Origin: Minisyncoccota bacterium | GTDB taxonomy: Bacteria > Patescibacteriota > Minisyncoccia > Phycocordibacterales > CAJQIN01 | DNA length: 64,000 nucleotides | Assembly: GCA_905478465.1 (NCBI GenBank) | Contig: CAJQIN010000002.1 | Span: forward strand, 88,312 to 152,311 | Direction of reading: 5' to 3' | Shown here: positions 29,335-38,765 of the stretch, in pieces | Numbering within the stretch: the first letter of the stretch is position 1 | Layout of the letters: every line of letters starts with the position of its first letter | Position numbers and translations under genes: made by a program | Notes under the pieces: generated by a model | What the model was told of the DNA's origin: nothing | Seen by the model: the letters and a program-made list of their open reading frames with translations, nothing else | The model's database searches: none

Positions 29335-31527
29335 GTGACCAAAGGAATTAGAAACAGCTTTATACTTAGTATCATATTCTGCATAGGATTTATTTTTGCT
29401 GTACCACAAATGGCACATGCCCAAACAAACCAGTCTTCACCTTGGCAATCAACTACACTTACAAATGAAACTGTAGATATTGCAAATTGTGGTTCTGACT
29501 TTACTTGTCATGGGAAAAAAATAATAGCCTACACCATAATTTTTACAGGGAACACCCTCCTTAGAATATTCTCTTGGATCACATGGATAGGCGGAACTTT
29601 CCTTAATACAGTACTCTTGGTCACGGTGGTAAACATGTCAGGTATTGTAGAAAAGACGTCTGCCATTCAAGATGGATGGAAAATCATTAGGGATCTGTCA
29701 AATATTGCCTTTATCTTTGTACTTCTGTATATATCAATATCAACCATATTAGATTTAGGGGTTAACACAGGAAAAGCTTTACGTAGTGTTGTTATAGCTG
29801 CTTTATTTATAAACTTCTCCTTCTTTTTTGCAGCAACAATTATTGACGTATCCAACATACTAACCTTACATCTCTACGACCAAATTCTTACTCCAAGTAA
29901 TCAGTCTGCAACTGGTACGTCTAGTGACGTTAATAGCGACACAGACCCAAATAGCAGGTCTAGCGTAGGATTATCCGGAAAAATGCTTGAGAAACTAGGT
30001 GTTCCCACACAAGTATTTAGTTTCCCAGATGATGCTGAGTTAAATAATACATGGAATAATCTAGGTACTTTTTTTGTCAAAATACTTGGCGGTATCTTCC
30101 TCCTTATTGTTTCTTCTTTTATTTTTATTGCAGCCGGTATCATGTTCTTGTACCGTTTTGTTATTTTCGTATTTCTTCTTATATTTTCCCCTATTGCCTT
30201 TTTAGGAATGATTTTGCCTCAAACAAAAAGTACAGCCTCTGCTTGGTGGAAATCTCTCACGGACAATGCTCTTTTTGCCCCGGTTTACATGGTACTTACT
30301 TTTATTGCATTAGAAATAGTTGGATCTCTTCATACACAAATATCTGCTGTTGCTAATTCAAGTAATCAAAAAATACTCCTTGATCCAACCGCTTTTTTAA
30401 ACTTTGTTATCGTTGCAGCTTTTCTGCTCGGATCACTAATTATCTCTAAAAAATATGCAACAGCAAGTGCAGGGACAGCAACATCTCTAGCCGGGAAAGC
30501 TGTCTTTGGAAAATACGGACTAGGTGGAGCAAGTAGATTTGCAGGAAGACGAATTGGCGCCGGTATCAAAGAAAACAAGTATATAAATAACCTTGTTGAT
30601 GGTGAACGAAGTAATGTCGCAGGACGCTGGGCAGGACGTTTAGCATTACGCACAGGAGATAAGATTGAAAAAGGAACCTATGATGCACGAAAAACACTTA
30701 ACTCCTTAGGAAGCTCTCTAGGTGAAAAGAATGCATTTGGCAAAAGTGTAAGTAGAAAAGATCTTGATAAAAACCAAAAAGACAAAGAACAAGCAATAAT
30801 TGACGCTATGGCACCAACCCAACACACCATCAGTCAGGCCGAGGCAGACCTTACCGAATCAAGGAAAAAATATATTCAAATAAAAGACACCTTCGACAAA
30901 GACCCTATCACCAAAAAAATTAATACAAAAATTGAAATAGCCGAAAAAGAATTAATGGAGGCAAAGAAAGCTCTAGGAAGTGAAGATGATATGAAAAAAC
31001 TTGCGCAAAAAGAAAGATCATCTGGGAACATCAAAGAAGCAAGAAATATTGAAGAAGTTTTTGCAAAGAAAAAATCTACCTTAGCAACCATGGAAGCAGA
31101 TCTCTCTTCATATAGAAAAGAGAAGTCCGGCCATAAAAAAACTTTAGGGGTAACAGAGGCGGAAGAACAACTGGAGCCGTATCAGAAAAAGATGGATACT
31201 CTAAAAGGTGTCGATGATAAAGAAGCCCTCAAACGTGCTAAAAATAATACTAAACAAGCGGAAGATGAGGATGACAAAGCGTATAAAAAACGTGTTGAGA
31301 AAGAAGCTCGAGGTTTACAACAAAAAAGCCAACAAGAAGCAAGGACCACGCGCCATATTGAAGATGCAGAAAACTCAATGTTCCAACCTAAACGCGAACG
31401 AGAAAATCGAGTTGCACTTCTTAAAAAAATGACTAAAAAGCAAAGCGCAGCAGATCTTCTAGAAGGATTTATTAAAGAAACATCATCAAGTAGTAGCCCA
31501 GCCAAAAATCCTGATGATGAAAATTAA
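29335..31527 (+). CDS. large polytopic membrane protein with charged coiled-coil C-terminal tail (possible VirB6/PrgH-like channel component)
   Basis: Signal peptide, at least 6 predicted TM helices, and a K/E-rich 250-aa C-terminus. The VirB6-like role is assigned from context only. Confidence 0.4.
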   Translation: MTKGIRNSFILSIIFCIGFIFAVPQMAHAQTNQSSPWQSTTLTNETVDIANCGSDFTCHGKKIIAYTIIFTGNTLLRIFSWITWIGGTFLNTVLLVTVVNMSGIVEKTSAIQDGWKIIRDLSNIAFIFVLLYISISTILDLGVNTGKALRSVVIAALFINFSFFFAATIIDVSNILTLHLYDQILTPSNQSATGTSSDVNSDTDPNSRSSVGLSGKMLEKLGVPTQVFSFPDDAELNNTWNNLGTFFVKILGGIFLLIVSSFIFIAAGIMFLYRFVIFVFLLIFSPIAFLGMILPQTKSTASAWWKSLTDNALFAPVYMVLTFIALEIVGSLHTQISAVANSSNQKILLDPTAFLNFVIVAAFLLGSLIISKKYATASAGTATSLAGKAVFGKYGLGGASRFAGRRIGAGIKENKYINNLVDGERSNVAGRWAGRLALRTGDKIEKGTYDARKTLNSLGSSLGEKNAFGKSVSRKDLDKNQKDKEQAIIDAMAPTQHTISQAEADLTESRKKYIQIKDTFDKDPITKKINTKIEIAEKELMEAKKALGSEDDMKKLAQKERSSGNIKEARNIEEVFAKKKSTLATMEADLSSYRKEKSGHKKTLGVTEAEEQLEPYQKKMDTLKGVDDKEALKRAKNNTKQAEDEDDKAYKKRVEKEARGLQQKSQQEARTTRHIEDAENSMFQPKRERENRVALLKKMTKKQSAADLLEGFIKETSSSSSPAKNPDDEN

Positions 31528-32128
31528 CAATATGGAAACACAAAAAGAAATACACAACATAATAGGTACCCAATTAGAACAACTTCCTGAAAATGTTCGT
31601 TTGTACATTGAAAGCAAGGTCTGGGACACAGCCCTAGAAGAACTCCTAATAAAAGATGTAATTACTCACAAATATTCTGAAGAAATAAAGTATGAGATAT
31701 TCTTTTATCTTCTTGGACTTCGAGATAAAAATGAAACAATCAAAAAAATACAAGATATACCAGAAGAAACTGAATCTCTTAATAAAAATATAGATTTTTT
31801 CTCAGTTATTCCAGACACTATCCAAAAAGAACTTGCCGACATATTGAGCCCTGAAGAAACTCCCGTATCCGACGAAAGATTAGGAGGTGTTGAAATAACA
31901 CATGAATCACAAACAAAAAATGAAGAAGATATAGTACCTGAACGAGAAAATGTAATGCAAGGAATTGAACACCCAGAAAACATAACTTCACAATCAGAAA
32001 CAATATCTAATCCTATTGGATCCAAATTAAAAAAAACTACTGAAAGTAGCACCGTACCACTAGGAGATAACCCTAGTAGAAGAGGGTACGCAGAAGGACA
32101 AGACCCTTACAGAGAAGCCTTAAACTAA
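31514..32128 (+). CDS. hypothetical acidic protein
   Basis: 204-aa ORF that overlaps the upstream gene by 14 nt. Confidence 0.4.
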   Translation: MMKINNMETQKEIHNIIGTQLEQLPENVRLYIESKVWDTALEELLIKDVITHKYSEEIKYEIFFYLLGLRDKNETIKKIQDIPEETESLNKNIDFFSVIPDTIQKELADILSPEETPVSDERLGGVEITHESQTKNEEDIVPERENVMQGIEHPENITSQSETISNPIGSKLKKTTESSTVPLGDNPSRRGYAEGQDPYREALN

Positions 32129-32236
32129 TTACCAATACTTAAACCTACTACATACCCATAACAAGCTTTGCTTGTTATGGGTATGTAGTTCATAATTAAG
32201 GTAGTTAATATTTCTCTAAAAAAATAAACACACCCT

Positions 32237-32665
32237 ATGCGCTATCAAGTACCACAATTTATAGAAGTTGAAGACAAAATATTTGGACCCCTAACCTTAA
32301 AGCAATTTATTTATCTAGGTGGATCTATTGGTATTATTGTGGTTATTTTTAGTTTTACACCAAGAATTCTAGCCTTTATTCTATCTACCCCCGTTGTTGC
32401 TCTTGGTCTTGCTTTAGCATTTTATAAAGTAAACAATAAGCCTTTTCTAGAAATGATAGAGGCATTTTTTCACTATAATACAAATGGAAAACTATATATA
32501 TGGCATAAAACTGCTAGAAAAATCAAAAAAGGGTCTGAGCAAACAGACAGAAGAACTTTAGAAGTTCCTAAACTTGCAAATAGTAAGCTTAAAGACCTTA
32601 CATGGACCCTTGATGTAAAGGAACAAAACAATCCCATTACAAAAGAAACTAATCCACCTGTATAA
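32237..32665 (+). CDS. PrgI/VirB3-like small membrane protein
   Basis: VPQFIEVEDKIFGPLTLKQFIYLGG followed by two TM helices. It sits immediately upstream of a VirB4-like ATPase, as in Gram-positive conjugative T4SS. Confidence 0.5.
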   Translation: MRYQVPQFIEVEDKIFGPLTLKQFIYLGGSIGIIVVIFSFTPRILAFILSTPVVALGLALAFYKVNNKPFLEMIEAFFHYNTNGKLYIWHKTARKIKKGSEQTDRRTLEVPKLANSKLKDLTWTLDVKEQNNPITKETNPPV

Positions 32666-32692
32666 AGACGTAACCTGCGTTATACTATCTAT

Positions 32693-33319
32693 ATGTCATC
32701 ACGTAATTCAAAAGCAACCCAAGATTTTATTCCTGTAGAAGAGATAAGAGATGGTGTTGCGATTCTAAAAGATGGTTCTTTGAGGTCAATTATCATGGCT
32801 TCTTCTGTTAACTTTGCCCTCAAGTCAGATGATGAAAGAACTTCTATTCTTTTTCAATTTCAAAACTTTCTTGATTCTCTAGATTTCTCTGTACAAATAG
32901 TCATCCAGTCACGTCGACTTGATATTCGACCATATCTTGCACTCCTTGAGGAACGTCAAAAGGTTCAGATGAACGACTTAATGAAAATGCAAACACGAGA
33001 ATATATTGGTTTCATAAAAAAATTCACAGAAAGTGTCAGCATCATGACAAAAAACTTCTTCGTAGTAGTATCTTATTCTCCCTCTACACTAGGATCTAAA
33101 AAAGGTGGTTTTATGAAAAAGAAATCTTCAAAAACTAAAGACGTAAATTTTTCTTTTGAAGAAAATTTGAGTCAATTAAACCAGAGAATGTCTGTTGTTG
33201 AACAAGGTCTTTCACGAACAGGTGTACGTGTTGCTCACTTAGGAACAGAGGAGGTGACGGAACTTTTTTATAAATTATTTAATCCTGGAGAGACTGAAAA
33301 ACCAATTAAAATGCAATAA
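32693..33319 (+). CDS. VirB4-like ATPase N-terminal domain (separate ORF or frameshifted part of the next gene)
   Basis: 208 aa. It ends 1 nt before the ATG of the ATPase-domain ORF, and the combined length (about 811 aa) equals a full VirB4. Confidence 0.4.
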   Translation: MSSRNSKATQDFIPVEEIRDGVAILKDGSLRSIIMASSVNFALKSDDERTSILFQFQNFLDSLDFSVQIVIQSRRLDIRPYLALLEERQKVQMNDLMKMQTREYIGFIKKFTESVSIMTKNFFVVVSYSPSTLGSKKGGFMKKKSSKTKDVNFSFEENLSQLNQRMSVVEQGLSRTGVRVAHLGTEEVTELFYKLFNPGETEKPIKMQ

Positions 33320-33320
33320 T

Positions 33321-35132
33321 ATGGGAATTTTTGATTTTTTAAAGAAAAATAATGACAAAGACTTTGATATAAGCACAATTATGCCTGACAACATCTACGA
33401 GGCTAATGCACTTGAATTAAAGGATATTCTTGCACCAAGTGCACTCGAGATCACCCCAAGAGAGATACGTCTTGGAGATAAAGTGTTACGAAGTTTTTTT
33501 GTTATTTCATATCCGAGATTTCTTGCAGAAAGCTGGTTTGCACCAATCATCAATCTGGACAAAATGTTTGATATCACTATCCATATTCATCCTATTGAAA
33601 CATCTATTATTCTCAGAAAATTTCAAAAAAAAGTAGCCGAAATACAAAGTCAGATTAATGAAAGGGAAGAGAAGGGACTTGTTCGAGATCCAAAACTAGA
33701 TACTGCCTATCAGGACCTAGAGGACCTCAGAGACAAACTCCAGCAAGCACAAGAGCGTCTTTTTGATGTAGGACTATACATCACCCTTTATGCAGATAAT
33801 ACAGAAGAATTAGACAAAATTGAATCTGAAATTAAATCTATTCTAGAATCAAAACTGGTTTATGTTAAACCGGCTTTATTTCAACAAGAACAAGGTTTCA
33901 AATCAACTTCACCTATTGCAACAGACCTTTTAGGAGTTCATACGAAATTAAATTCCTCTCCTCTATCAAGTATTTTTCCTTTCATCTCATTTGACCTTAC
34001 ATCAGACAAAGGAGTTCTTTATGGTATCAACCGTCACAACTCTAGTCTTGTGCTTTTTGACAGATTCTCTCTTGAAAACTACAACTCAATTACTTTCGCA
34101 AAGTCTGGTTCCGGAAAATCCTATGCAACAAAACTTGAACTCCTGCGTTCTCTTATGTTTGATACAGAAGTCATTATCATAGACCCTGAAAATGAATATG
34201 AATACATGGCAGAAGCGGTAGGGGGTAGATTCTTCAAAATATCACTTAGTTCTCAACACCACATCAACCCCTTTGACCTACCTATTCCCCGAGAAGATGA
34301 ATCCCCAGCAAGTGTTCTGCGCTCAAACATTATTCACCTTGTAGGACTTTTCCGTATTATGCTCGGAGGCCTTACAGCAGAAGAGGATGCTATTGTTGAT
34401 CGAGCCATCACTGAAACATATGCTTTGAAAGATATTTCTCCAGACTCTAATTTCGCAGATATTGATGCCCCTCTTATGTCTGATTTTGAATTAGTACTAT
34501 CTGGTATGGAAGGCGGAGAGTCTCTTGCACAACGTCTCAGCAAGTACACCAAAGGTACTTGGGCAGGCTTTATTAACAAACCATCGAATGTAGATCTAGA
34601 TAAGAAATTTATTGTATTTTCTATTCGAGATATGGAAGACGAACTCAAGCCCGTAGCCATGTACATCATTACCCACTTCATCTGGAATGCTGTTAGAAAA
34701 GACCTCCGAAAACGCCTTCTTGTAATAGATGAGGCTTGGTGGATGATGAAATCTGAAGACACAGCATCTTTCTTGCTCAATGTGGCAAAAAGAGGACGTA
34801 AATACTATTTAGGACTTCTAACCATCACACAAGATGTCGGCGACTTCCTAAACTCTCCTTACGGACTTCCTATTATCACCAACTCTTCAATGCAACTTTT
34901 ATTAAAACAATCTCCAACCGCCATCGATAAACTACAGGAAGTATTCAATCTGACAGACGAGGAAAAATATCTACTTCTTGAATCTCAAATAGGGGAGGGC
35001 ATATTCTTCGCAGGACTTAAACATGTAGCTATAAAAATCATTGCTTCCTACACAGAGGACCAAATTATTACCTCAGATCCATCTCAAATCTTAGCAATTC
35101 AAAAAGCCAAAAGAGAGTTAGAGCAATCATAA
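33321..35132 (+). CDS. VirB4/TrbE/PrgJ-like type IV secretion ATPase (C-terminal ATPase domain)
   Basis: Walker A FAKSGSGKSYATK, IIIDPENEY, Walker B LLVIDEAWWMM, and RKYYLGLLTITQDVGDF. This is the VirB4 (AAA-like/DUF87) signature set. Confidence 0.85.
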   Translation: MGIFDFLKKNNDKDFDISTIMPDNIYEANALELKDILAPSALEITPREIRLGDKVLRSFFVISYPRFLAESWFAPIINLDKMFDITIHIHPIETSIILRKFQKKVAEIQSQINEREEKGLVRDPKLDTAYQDLEDLRDKLQQAQERLFDVGLYITLYADNTEELDKIESEIKSILESKLVYVKPALFQQEQGFKSTSPIATDLLGVHTKLNSSPLSSIFPFISFDLTSDKGVLYGINRHNSSLVLFDRFSLENYNSITFAKSGSGKSYATKLELLRSLMFDTEVIIIDPENEYEYMAEAVGGRFFKISLSSQHHINPFDLPIPREDESPASVLRSNIIHLVGLFRIMLGGLTAEEDAIVDRAITETYALKDISPDSNFADIDAPLMSDFELVLSGMEGGESLAQRLSKYTKGTWAGFINKPSNVDLDKKFIVFSIRDMEDELKPVAMYIITHFIWNAVRKDLRKRLLVIDEAWWMMKSEDTASFLLNVAKRGRKYYLGLLTITQDVGDFLNSPYGLPIITNSSMQLLLKQSPTAIDKLQEVFNLTDEEKYLLLESQIGEGIFFAGLKHVAIKIIASYTEDQIITSDPSQILAIQKAKRELEQS

Positions 35133-35139
35133 AATAATT

Positions 35140-35661
35140 ATGGAATCAATAAAACGACCAAGGTCTTTAACAAAAAAGAACTTACCCACAAAGGTATCTA
35201 ACAAAGAAAATCAACCTAATACACACATAAACAGTCCTAAAAAAGAAGTATCTTATCGAATATCATGGACCACAGCTTTTTTAATGATATCCCTGACCAT
35301 CGTCTTCGACCTAACTGAAATTATCATCGACTGGCTAGGTAATCTAACAGCAGCTTTTGGACTTGGTTTATTATTCTGGGGTCTCAATATTGGTGGTGTT
35401 ATTTTTATGGGTCTAACTTTTTTTGTCTGGTTTAAAATAAAAAATATTCCCATATTCACAAGTCCTAAAAGAATAGCTACGTCAGCGATTACTTTTATAG
35501 GAGAAATGATTCCTGTTATTAACAACCTTCCGGGATGGACAATAGGTATTATTGTAATAATTATAATAAGTAGATCTGAAGATAGGGGTGGTATCATAGG
35601 GAAAGCAACATCTATAACAAAAAACCTCAAAGGAAAAGCTTCTGTGGGGAAAAAAGGTTAA
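35140..35661 (+). CDS. hypothetical polytopic membrane protein
   Basis: 3-4 predicted TM helices. No recognised domain. Confidence 0.4.
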   Translation: MESIKRPRSLTKKNLPTKVSNKENQPNTHINSPKKEVSYRISWTTAFLMISLTIVFDLTEIIIDWLGNLTAAFGLGLLFWGLNIGGVIFMGLTFFVWFKIKNIPIFTSPKRIATSAITFIGEMIPVINNLPGWTIGIIVIIIISRSEDRGGIIGKATSITKNLKGKASVGKKG

Positions 35662-35691
35662 AGAAATAGAAAATTACGCTATACTATATAT

Positions 35692-36399
35692 ATGAAATAT
35701 TTTTTCTATATTTTTGTTTTTAGTTTTATATTTGCATCAAATATTCCGTATATTTATGCTCAAGAAACAAATTCTTCTGTTAATATTGTTTGGTATGCAA
35801 ACGACTCTTATGTCCCAAATTTTTACAAAGGAAAAGCTCTTCGTTCAGAGTACACAAGCACTACATTAACGGCAATACCTCAAATAAACTATCAAGGTAC
35901 TCTTATTCAAAATTCTGAATTAAATTTTACATGGAAAGTAAACGGAAAAACTTTACAAAACTCAGGATTAGGTAAAAACCAAATAACAATCAAGAATTCT
36001 CTAACATCAAACTCTCCTGAGGTCAGCATTGTTGTCACATCTACGCGCACAGGTCTTTCTGCACAATCATCTTTACAACTACCTGAGTATGAATCTAGAG
36101 TACTACTCTATGAAAACGATCCTCTTTTAGGAATTTTATATAATAAAGCCCTTCTTTCAACATTTTCTGTACAAAATAAAGAAGTAACCCTAAAAGCTAT
36201 ACCGTACTACTTCACAAAAGATGCTCTAGGCTATACATGGAAAATAAATGGAAACACTTTTTCATCAACAGCTCTTGAAGACGGTATCACTCTCAGAAAA
36301 GATGATGCGTCTTCAGGAAGTTCTCAATTAAGTATTTTTGTAAAATCTTTGAAAAATATTTTACAAAAAGAAACCTCTAATCTTACTATCACTTTTTAA
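35692..36399 (+). CDS. hypothetical secreted protein
   Basis: Signal peptide. Beta-rich with repeated WK(V/I)NG(K/N)T segments. Confidence 0.4.
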   Translation: MKYFFYIFVFSFIFASNIPYIYAQETNSSVNIVWYANDSYVPNFYKGKALRSEYTSTTLTAIPQINYQGTLIQNSELNFTWKVNGKTLQNSGLGKNQITIKNSLTSNSPEVSIVVTSTRTGLSAQSSLQLPEYESRVLLYENDPLLGILYNKALLSTFSVQNKEVTLKAIPYYFTKDALGYTWKINGNTFSSTALEDGITLRKDDASSGSSQLSIFVKSLKNILQKETSNLTITF

Positions 36400-36401
36400 A
36401 A

Positions 36402-37037
36402 ATGAAAAAAATACTATTTCTTATAACATTATGGAGTCTGCCAATTTTGTCTTTTGCCCAAGGGACTGCTGGTAATGCTCAACAATATGTCCCCCTTGTA
36501 TCAGACCTTCCTGAAATAATTACAAGTAGTTCTTCTTTTGGAGATTATCTTACTGGTTGGTTTCAACTAATCCTTGGCCTTGTCACCGTCCTTGCAGTTA
36601 TATGGATCACATTAGGAGGTATCAAATATATGTCAACAGATGCTTACTCAGGGAAATCAGAAGGGAAAAAAATGGTTCAAAACGCTATTATAGGACTTCT
36701 TTTAGCGGGAGTATCTTGGCTTATTCTATTCACTATTAATCCCGCTATTTTAAATGTGAATCTTAATTTTACACAACAAGAATCTCAAGATTTTTCAGTA
36801 ACAACAAATATACCTACAGACTCAGGCTCTCTGGAAACCTACTATTGTTTTGTTTGGTATAAAGAAACTTTTTATTTCAGAAACCTGACAGACCCTGCCG
36901 AATCTTGTTTTGTAGATAAAAAAGATTGCACAAAAGCTCGTGCAATAAAAAGAGCTGAATCAGTTAACATGGCCACTTCCCATTGTGCCGAAGCAGAAAG
37001 AGACAGCGCAGCATTATATAAAAACTCAATACAATAA
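36402..37037 (+). CDS. VirB2/TrbC-like pilin candidate with Cys-containing C-terminal extension
   Basis: Signal peptide, then two hydrophobic helices separated by a short charged loop (the TrbC/VirB2 topology), plus an 80-aa C-terminal region with 4 Cys. Confidence 0.4.
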   Translation: MKKILFLITLWSLPILSFAQGTAGNAQQYVPLVSDLPEIITSSSSFGDYLTGWFQLILGLVTVLAVIWITLGGIKYMSTDAYSGKSEGKKMVQNAIIGLLLAGVSWLILFTINPAILNVNLNFTQQESQDFSVTTNIPTDSGSLETYYCFVWYKETFYFRNLTDPAESCFVDKKDCTKARAIKRAESVNMATSHCAEAERDSAALYKNSIQ

Positions 37038-38269
37038 TGACAAAAAAAATTACAATTATACTAACTACGTTAATTCTTATTACAAGTATTGCTTTTGGTA
37101 TCCGCTACTATTTCTTTAACACCTCCATACAAACAAACACAGCAACATCTACTTCTTTTACTAATAATATTTTTGGTTTTCTTGGTATAGGATCCGATAA
37201 TCAGAATGTGGCAGACCAACCCATTAACAAAGTGTCTAATACCAACACCCTGACCAACACTGTTATACCCACACTTAGGCATATCACCGAAAATCCTGTT
37301 GCAGGAGCAACGTTTGTTGGGACAAGTACTATTCGTTACGCGAACAGAGGAAATGGACATATTTTTGAGACACCAACAAACTCTCTGGAAACGGTTAAGA
37401 TTTCTAATACTACCATTCCAAAAGTATACGAAGCTTACTGGGTAAACAATGGAGAGAATGTGATCTACCGACGCCTTAAAGAAAATACAAACACTATCGA
37501 AACCAGTTTTCTTGAGTTACGAACTAAAACAGGTAGCACCACAGATTTTCTACGAGATACCATCATCACTTTTTTACCTGACAACATTACCGATCTTGCG
37601 GTATCAGTGAACACCGATAATATTGCTTACATTCTTCCAATAGACTCTTCTGCTCAAATCACCACAAGCAACCCTGATGGCTCATCACCTTCTTCTTTTT
37701 CTATACCTCATCCATCATGGACACTCTCATGGACAGATTCAAACATCCTTACTATTGTTCCTAAAACAGCTTCTAATGTTTTAACATCGATGTATTCTAT
37801 ATCCAAAACCAAAAACCTTATGCAAGAAATCGACGACAACCCTGGTCTAACAATACTAAACACACCTAAACGAACACTGTATTCATTCTCAACAAAAAAC
37901 TCTTTATTTCTGGAAGTAAAAAATTCTGACGACTTGGTTATTTTACTGTACCCATCAACTCTCCCAGAAAAATGCACCCCTACAGATACCACACATGTAA
38001 TATGTGGAGTTCCCACATCAATTCCACAAGCCTCATATCCTGAAAACTGGTACCAAGGTGTAGTTTCATTTATCGATGAAATACGTACATACAATCTTGA
38101 AACAGGAGAATCTGTTATAACATACACACCCCAAGAAGAATTCGACATAATCAATCCTCAAATATCTTCTGACGGAAAATACTTTATGTTCACAAATAAA
38201 AAAGATTTAAGCCTTTGGGTATTAAACCTTGATGAAGTAGGGGAGGAGACAACGGTAAACACTTTCTAA
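37037..38269 (+). CDS. hypothetical membrane-anchored extracytoplasmic protein (possible beta-propeller)
   Basis: N-terminal TM helix and an S/T/N-rich beta-rich body. The C-terminal SDGKYFMFTN...LWVLNL resembles TolB-like propeller blades. Confidence 0.35.
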   Translation: MTKKITIILTTLILITSIAFGIRYYFFNTSIQTNTATSTSFTNNIFGFLGIGSDNQNVADQPINKVSNTNTLTNTVIPTLRHITENPVAGATFVGTSTIRYANRGNGHIFETPTNSLETVKISNTTIPKVYEAYWVNNGENVIYRRLKENTNTIETSFLELRTKTGSTTDFLRDTIITFLPDNITDLAVSVNTDNIAYILPIDSSAQITTSNPDGSSPSSFSIPHPSWTLSWTDSNILTIVPKTASNVLTSMYSISKTKNLMQEIDDNPGLTILNTPKRTLYSFSTKNSLFLEVKNSDDLVILLYPSTLPEKCTPTDTTHVICGVPTSIPQASYPENWYQGVVSFIDEIRTYNLETGESVITYTPQEEFDIINPQISSDGKYFMFTNKKDLSLWVLNLDEVGEETTVNTF

Positions 38270-38300
38270 AAAGAAAAACACTTCAGACATGAAGTGTTTT

Positions 38301-38765
38301 TTATATCGTATTCTCTACATAACTAAGGACCACTCTACGATCCCTACCATCTCCCTCTGAATGAGTTTTGATGTCGTCCTGATCTGTAAACACAGAGTGG
38401 ACGATCATCCTTTCAAAAGCATTCATTGGCTCCATATCAACACTGGCTTTAAACGAACGTACACGTTCTCCTGCAAAGATAGCTTTTTGTTTTATAGATT
38501 CAATCTGTTTTTTATAAAAATCATCAACATCTATCTGAAATCTTGGCACATCTTCATATTTTTGAGCCACCATTCGACTAACAACATGATTGAGTGCACG
38601 AAACACATCTCCGTCACGTCCAATGAGAGTTTGAGCCTCTTTAGAGTGCACAGAGAACACCAACACTGGTTCACTACATTCAATACTTTCTTCTACAATT
38701 TCTTCATATGAAATATCCATCTTATCCAACACATCTTTAATTGTTTGAATGATATTATTTTTCAT
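38301..38765 (-). CDS. jag: Jag/KhpB-like RNA-binding protein (KH and R3H domains)
   Basis: C-terminal R3H motif (ERMIVHSVFT). Positioned downstream of yidC as in the conserved rpmH-rnpA-yidC-jag cluster. Confidence 0.75.
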   Translation of the reverse strand: MKNNIIQTIKDVLDKMDISYEEIVEESIECSEPVLVFSVHSKEAQTLIGRDGDVFRALNHVVSRMVAQKYEDVPRFQIDVDDFYKKQIESIKQKAIFAGERVRSFKASVDMEPMNAFERMIVHSVFTDQDDIKTHSEGDGRDRRVVLSYVENTI

